Below, one piece after another: positions 57,534 through 64,000 of a DNA stretch of 64,000 nucleotides. How positions within the stretch are numbered: position 1 is the stretch's first letter; each line of letters opens with the position of its first letter. The stretch is from the NCBI GenBank assembly GCA_031459875.1, contig JAVKHQ010000001.1:64001-128000 (forward strand). The letters are read 5' to 3'. This stretch comes from Candidatus Fervidifonticultor sextus (GTDB taxonomy: Bacteria > Sysuimicrobiota > Sysuimicrobiia > Sysuimicrobiales > Humicultoraceae). Under the pieces are notes generated by a model that saw nothing but the letters and a program-made list of their open reading frames with translations, ran no database searches and was not told the origin of the DNA. Made by a program: the position numbers and the translations under genes.

Positions 57534-58334
57534 TCAGGATGCCGGCGCCCCGGCGGCCGTGCGCCGGCCGGTGATCAAGAACCCGGTGTGGGCCACCATG
57601 CGGTGGGCCGGGCGGACGCTCTGCGCGGCCACGTGCCACGGCCGCACCAGCGCCTCCACCGTCTCGATTAGGGCGAATGCCCCGCTTCCGGCGAGCGCCT
57701 CGACCGTCCGCTGGACCTGGATCGTCGTCGGGACGTAGGCCAGCAGGATCCCGCCGGGCCGCAACGCCCCGGCCGCGGCCGGCACGACGCGCCAGGGCTC
57801 CGGGAGATCCAGGACGACGCGGTCGGCGGGCGCATCGGGGATTCCGTTCAAGATGTCGTGGAGCCGCAGGACCAGCGTCGGCGTCTCGCCCAGGTACCGG
57901 GCGATGTTGCGCACTGCGGTGCGCTGGAACTCCTCGCGCACTTCGTAGGAAAACACGCGGCCCGCAGGTCCCACCGCGCGGACCAGGGCCATGGTGAGTG
58001 CTCCCGATCCGGTGCCGGCCTCGACGACCGTTGCCCCGGGGTAGATGTCCGCCAGCATCGTGATCAGGGCCAGGTCCTTGGGGTAGATGACCTGCGCACC
58101 CCGCGGCATCGCCAGCACGTAGTCGGCCAGCGTGGGCCGCAGGACCAGAACGCGCTCGCCCCGGGAGCTCTCGGCCGTGGTGCCATCCGGCTGGCCGATC
58201 AGATCGTCGTGCGCCACCCGGCCTCCCCGCAGATCGAAGGCCCCACCTGCCCGGAGCCAGACGAGGTAGGACCGCCGCTTGCGGTCGACCAGGAGGACCG
58301 GCTCGCCGGCGGCCAGGGGGCCCGTGCGGTTCAC
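57534..58334 (-). CDS. trmI: tRNA (adenine-58-N1)-methyltransferase
   Basis: RPTL.DY...MPRGAQVIYPKD, EAGTGSGALT, LDLPEPW, HTGFL. Confidence 0.95.
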   Translation of the reverse strand: MNRTGPLAAGEPVLLVDRKRRSYLVWLRAGGAFDLRGGRVAHDDLIGQPDGTTAESSRGERVLVLRPTLADYVLAMPRGAQVIYPKDLALITMLADIYPGATVVEAGTGSGALTMALVRAVGPAGRVFSYEVREEFQRTAVRNIARYLGETPTLVLRLHDILNGIPDAPADRVVLDLPEPWRVVPAAAGALRPGGILLAYVPTTIQVQRTVEALAGSGAFALIETVEALVRPWHVAAQSVRPAHRMVAHTGFLITGRRTAAGAPAS

Positions 58335-58353
58335 GGGGCCGCGGCGCCCACCG

Positions 58354-58764
58354 TCAGACCGTCACCTCGCGGGGCCGCACGTTCTCGCGGACCCACCGGA
58401 CGATCTCCTCCAGCGAGGCCCCGGGACTGAAGATCTTGCGGATACCGGCCGCCTGGAGGGCCGGGATGTCCTCTTCGGGGATGATCCCCCCGCCGAAGAC
58501 CACGACGTCGTGGAGGCCTCGCTCCCGGAGGAGCTGGACCACGCGCGGGAACAGGGTGTTGTGGGCGCCTGAGAGGATCGACAACCCGATGGCGTCCACG
58601 TCTTCCTGGACCGCCGCTCCGACGATCATCTCTGGGGTCTGGTGCAGCCCGGTGTAGATGACCTCAACGCCGGCGTCGCGCAGCGCCCGGGCCACGACCT
58701 TGATCCCCCGGTCGTGGCCGTCCAGCCCCGGTTTCGCCAGCAGGATCCGCACCGGCCGTGGCAT
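58354..58764 (-). CDS. Cobalamin-binding small subunit of acyl-CoA mutase
   Basis: [11 protein letters not shown] (DxHxxG), LS.LSGAH, GGIIP. Confidence 0.93.
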   Translation of the reverse strand: MPRPVRILLAKPGLDGHDRGIKVVARALRDAGVEVIYTGLHQTPEMIVGAAVQEDVDAIGLSILSGAHNTLFPRVVQLLRERGLHDVVVFGGGIIPEEDIPALQAAGIRKIFSPGASLEEIVRWVRENVRPREVTV

Positions 58765-58782
58765 GGGCGACCCATCCTCCGG

Positions 58783-60387
<1,605 letters not shown>

Positions 60388-60399
60388 CAGCCGCCCTCC

Positions 60400-62382
60400 T
60401 CAGTGGGGAGCCTTGCCCACGCTGCGTTCGAGCACCTCGACCACATCCATCGGCCGGGTGGACGACTCCACCGCCGCCGCGCCGTCTTCCAGCATCAGCA
60501 GGCAGAACGGGCAGGCGGTCGCGACGACCTCGGCGCCGGTGGCGGCGGCGTGTCGCGCGCGCACGTGGTTCATCCGCTGGCCCACGCGGTCTTCCACCCA
60601 GTAGAGCCCGCCGCCGGCCCCGCAGCAGAACCCCTTCTCCCGGCACTGGGCCATCTCGACCGCCCTGGCGCCGGGGATCGCCCGCAGCACCCGGCGGGGC
60701 GCCTCATACTCGCCGTTGTGCCGCCCCAGGTAGCACGGATCGTGGAAGGTGACCGCCGCTGCCACCGGGATGGTGGGCCGCAGGCGGCCTTCGTCGATCA
60801 GGCGGGCCAGCAGCTGCGTGTGGTGCCACACCTCGTAGTGCCCTCCCAGATCGGGGTACTCGTGCCTGAAGGTATTGTAGCAGTGCGGACACAGGGTGAC
60901 GATCTTGGTGACGCCGCGGCGGTCGAGCGTCTCGATGGTCCGACGTGCCAGGTCGCAGAACAGGTACTCGTTGCCGATGCGACGCGCCGGATCCCCGTTA
61001 CAGCCTTCCTCAGCACCCAGGATCCCCACGTCCAGCCCCGCGGCCTGCAGGACCCGCACCAGGGCCCGCAGCGGCGCATGGTTGCGCTCGTTGAGGGCTG
61101 CTGCGCAGCCCACCCACAGCAGCCATTCGGATCGGTCGCCCTTGGAGAGGTCCTTGACCTCGACCCCGGCGGTCCAGGCCGTGCGCGCCAGCCCGGCGCC
61201 CCGGAACGGGTGGCCCCGGGCCTCCAGGCTGCGCAGCGCCTCGCCCATGGTCTCGGGCAGACTGGCTTCCTCCATCACCAGGTGCCGGCGCATCTCCACG
61301 ATCTTGGGCACGTGCTCGATGAAGACCGGGCACGCCTCCATGCAGGCCATGCAGGTCACACAGGCCCACAGGGCCTCTGGCGAGATCACCTGCCCGCCCA
61401 GGGCGCGGGAGGAGGCGCCGTCGGTCCGGTGCATCTCGTCGCGCAGGTCCAGGACCACGTGCATCGGCGAGAGCACCTTGCCCGTCAGGGCGGCCGGACA
61501 GACCGCGGTGCACCGGCCGCACTCCGTACACACATCCAAATCCAACAGGTCCTTCCACGTCAGGTCGGAGAAGGCCGAGGCCCCGAAGCGCTCGGTTCTC
61601 TCGAAGTCGATCAGACCCACCCCCGCCGGGTTCTGGAGGGGCTGGAGATAGGTGTTCAGGGGGGCCAGCACCAGGTGGAAGAGCTTCGAGTAGGGGATGT
61701 AGGCGACGAACGCCATGGAGAGCAGGAAGTGGCCCCACCAGACCCCGGCGTGGGCCAGCCGGATCGCGCCCTCGGAGGGTGCCGCCGCCCTGACCAGGCC
61801 CGCGACGGCGTATCCGACCGGCGACCAGGCCGCCCAGGGGTCGCGGGTCCCGGCGATGCGCAGGCCCTCGACGACGAACCCCGTGACCAGGATAAGTTCG
61901 AACAGCCAGAGGATCACCGCATCGGAGAGGACCCCGCGGCGCAGCCGCGGCGACCGGACCAGGTAGCGCATCGCCAGGGCGCAGGCGACCCCGGCGGTTG
62001 CGACCAGCCCCATCACGTCGAGGGCCGCCGACTGGAAATAGAGGTAGAAAGCCCCCTGCATGATCCGGATTTTCAGGTCCTGGTGGACGAACACGACCGT
62101 GGTGCCGGCGAAGAGGAACAGGAAGCCCCAGAAGAACGCCAGATGATACGCTCCGGCGACCCGATCCGCGAGCAGCCGGCCGTGGGCGAAGACGTGCCGC
62201 AGCACCGCGCGCACCCGCGGTCCCACCGGGCGCAGCCGCGAGACGGGCCGGCCGCGGCGCCACAGGCGCGCGTGGCGCCAGATCCCGTAGCTCATGATGC
62301 CCACGGCCACCAGGGCCACCAGGTACATGAGCACCACACCGAGGGCGGGGATGTTCCAGTAGATCTCTCGGGTGGGCACCAT
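60400..62382 (-). CDS. Membrane Fe-S oxidoreductase (FadF/HdrDE-like; ETF:quinone oxidoreductase candidate)
   Basis: NarI-like TM region, CTECGRCTAVCP, CVTCMACMEACP, CCG domains. Confidence 0.9.
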   Translation of the reverse strand: MVPTREIYWNIPALGVVLMYLVALVAVGIMSYGIWRHARLWRRGRPVSRLRPVGPRVRAVLRHVFAHGRLLADRVAGAYHLAFFWGFLFLFAGTTVVFVHQDLKIRIMQGAFYLYFQSAALDVMGLVATAGVACALAMRYLVRSPRLRRGVLSDAVILWLFELILVTGFVVEGLRIAGTRDPWAAWSPVGYAVAGLVRAAAPSEGAIRLAHAGVWWGHFLLSMAFVAYIPYSKLFHLVLAPLNTYLQPLQNPAGVGLIDFERTERFGASAFSDLTWKDLLDLDVCTECGRCTAVCPAALTGKVLSPMHVVLDLRDEMHRTDGASSRALGGQVISPEALWACVTCMACMEACPVFIEHVPKIVEMRRHLVMEEASLPETMGEALRSLEARGHPFRGAGLARTAWTAGVEVKDLSKGDRSEWLLWVGCAAALNERNHAPLRALVRVLQAAGLDVGILGAEEGCNGDPARRIGNEYLFCDLARRTIETLDRRGVTKIVTLCPHCYNTFRHEYPDLGGHYEVWHHTQLLARLIDEGRLRPTIPVAAAVTFHDPCYLGRHNGEYEAPRRVLRAIPGARAVEMAQCREKGFCCGAGGGLYWVEDRVGQRMNHVRARHAAATGAEVVATACPFCLLMLEDGAAAVESSTRPMDVVEVLERSVGKAPH

Positions 62383-62418
62383 CGGGACGATCGCCTCCGG
62401 GGCGGCCGTGGCTCCGGG

Positions 62419-63402
62419 CTACCGGCCCCGGAGTTCTTTCACCTTGGCGATCAGCGCGGGGACGACCTCTCGGTAGTCGCCCACGATGCCCAGGTGCGCC
62501 ACCGAGAAGATAGGCGCGTCGGGGTCGCGGTTGATGGCGACGATGGTGCGGGCGCCAGCCACGCCGGCGACGTGCTGGGTGGCTCCCGAGATGCCCACCG
62601 CAATGTACAGCGCCGGTCGGATCGTCTTCCCGGTCTGGCCGATCTGCCAGGAGACAGGGACCCACCCGGCGTCCGCTGGAGGGCGGGACGAGCCCACGGC
62701 GCCGCCCAGCACCTCCGCCAGCTGTTGGAGGACCTTGAAGCCTTCCGGACCGCCCAGGCCCCGTCCGCCGCCGACGACGATCTGCGCATCCTCCAGCCCC
62801 ACTTCCGCCTGTTCGCGCCGGACCTCCCGCACCCTGGCCCCGAGCGTGGCGCCGTCGATCGCAACCGGCACCTCCTCCACCGTCGCCGTCGAGGGCCTCG
62901 GCTCCGGCACGTCCAGCGCCCGGGGCTTGACCGTCAGCACCGCGGGCCGCTTCGCCACCGCCAGGGTCGCCATCGCCCGACCGCCGTAGACCTGGCGCCG
63001 GACCAGGAGCGCGCCGCCCTCGACGGCCACATCCACCGCCTCGGTGACCAGCGCGGCGCCCATCCGCGCGGCGAGCCGCGGGCCGAGTTCCCGGCCCACC
63101 GTGTCGGCGCTGACGAGCACGATGCCTGGCTGGGCGCGGCGCACGATCTGCTCGGTGGCGATCAGCGCGGCGTCGGTCTGCCCGGACGTCAGCAGGGGAT
63201 GATCACAGCGGTAGATCGCCGCCACCCCGTGCTGCTGCAGCGTGCCGGCCGCCTCGGCCAGGTGCGGCCCGGACCCGAGCAGCGCCGCGGCGATCCCTCC
63301 TTCCCCCGACCCCTCCAGCGCCCGCGCCGCCGTCACCAGCTCGAGGCTGCCGCGGGAGAGGGCCCCGTCCAGCGCACTGGCCACCACGCAGATGCCGGCC
63401 AT
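62419..63402 (-). CDS. etfA: Electron transfer flavoprotein alpha subunit
   Basis: VGGGRGL, QIGQTGK, YIAVGISGA.QH, AINRD.DAPIF. Confidence 0.95.
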   Translation of the reverse strand: MAGICVVASALDGALSRGSLELVTAARALEGSGEGGIAAALLGSGPHLAEAAGTLQQHGVAAIYRCDHPLLTSGQTDAALIATEQIVRRAQPGIVLVSADTVGRELGPRLAARMGAALVTEAVDVAVEGGALLVRRQVYGGRAMATLAVAKRPAVLTVKPRALDVPEPRPSTATVEEVPVAIDGATLGARVREVRREQAEVGLEDAQIVVGGGRGLGGPEGFKVLQQLAEVLGGAVGSSRPPADAGWVPVSWQIGQTGKTIRPALYIAVGISGATQHVAGVAGARTIVAINRDPDAPIFSVAHLGIVGDYREVVPALIAKVKELRGR

Positions 63403-63415
63403 CCCACCGTCTCCC

Positions 63416-64000
63416 CTACACCAGTTTCAGATCGTGCAACCGGCGCGCCAGCGAGGCGGCCTGTTCGACCGGGTCGCCGTCGAGGAACTCGCACGTCGCG
63501 GTCCGCTGGGGGACCACCACCTCACGGACCTCGACGCCGGATCCGTCGGCGCCGCCGGAAGGCAGCACCAGGTCCCCCGCGGCCCAGGTCTGGACCGGCT
63601 TGCGCTTGGCCGCCACGATGTCCTTGACCTTGGGCAGCCTCGGACGGTTGGCCTCGTCGCTGGCGATGGACACCACCGCCGGCATCCGCACGTCCACCTC
63701 GTGGAACCCGTCGTCGGCCATCCGCCGGACGAACAGGCCGCCGTCGGCGGGCTGAACGCGGGAGGCAAACGTCACGCAGGAGGCCCCCAGCGTCTCGGCC
63801 AGCAGCGGCGGCACCACGCGCTCCACCCAGTCGGCCGACTCGCACCCGCACAGGATCAGGTCGTAGGCGCCGATACGCCGGACCGCTGCGGCCAGCAGAC
63901 GGGCCTTCTCGACGCCCAGCAGGTCGGGCGCCTGCGGGTGATCCACCACCACCGCCTGGTCGGCCCCCATGGCCAGCGCCAGGCGGATGGCATCCCCCAG
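63416..64000 (-). CDS. etfB: Electron transfer flavoprotein beta subunit (5' end outside window)
   Basis: ALAMGAD, DLILCG..S.D, N.PR.P; adjacent to etfA. Confidence 0.9.
   Translation of the reverse strand: MGDAIRLALAMGADQAVVVDHPQAPDLLGVEKARLLAAAVRRIGAYDLILCGCESADWVERVVPPLLAETLGASCVTFASRVQPADGGLFVRRMADDGFHEVDVRMPAVVSIASDEANRPRLPKVKDIVAAKRKPVQTWAAGDLVLPSGGADGSGVEVREVVVPQRTATCEFLDGDPVEQAASLARRLHDLKLV

Overview
This is a very GC-rich (~70%) bacterial chromosome segment of mostly minus-strand housekeeping genes in Terrabacteria-like order. Main blocks: ylxR-nusA-rimP; asnS; orphan parA plus a partner gene; archaeal-type FBP aldolase/phosphatase; cca; mnmA; rarA; a radical SAM gene; 6S RNA; aspS-hisS under a T-box; Dpp/Opp-type and Phn-type ABC transporters; dtd; rel; recJ; secDF; ung; rnc; fab cluster; rpmF; coaD-rsmD-recG; rpmB; hslO; trmI; a two-subunit B12 acyl-CoA mutase; a FadF-like Fe-S protein; and ETF. 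The standout is a translationally coupled operon of inactive RadA-like gene, small helical gene and archaeal PolB2-type polymerase (35517-38753). It is driven by a consensus sigma70 promoter with a perfect LexA box in its spacer, which suggests an SOS mutagenesis cassette. Also notable: a 347-bp MITE-like IS remnant with a 14-bp target duplication at the -35 box of the rpmF/fab promoter; a RecJ-HIRAN-degenerate helicase fusion; a ParA partner with a ParB-like N-peptide and Cys-rich tail; and an Asp-specific T-box ahead of hisS. All calls come from motif recognition by eye; no database searches were run. Many starts were trimmed from the ORF track using RBS or overlap evidence.
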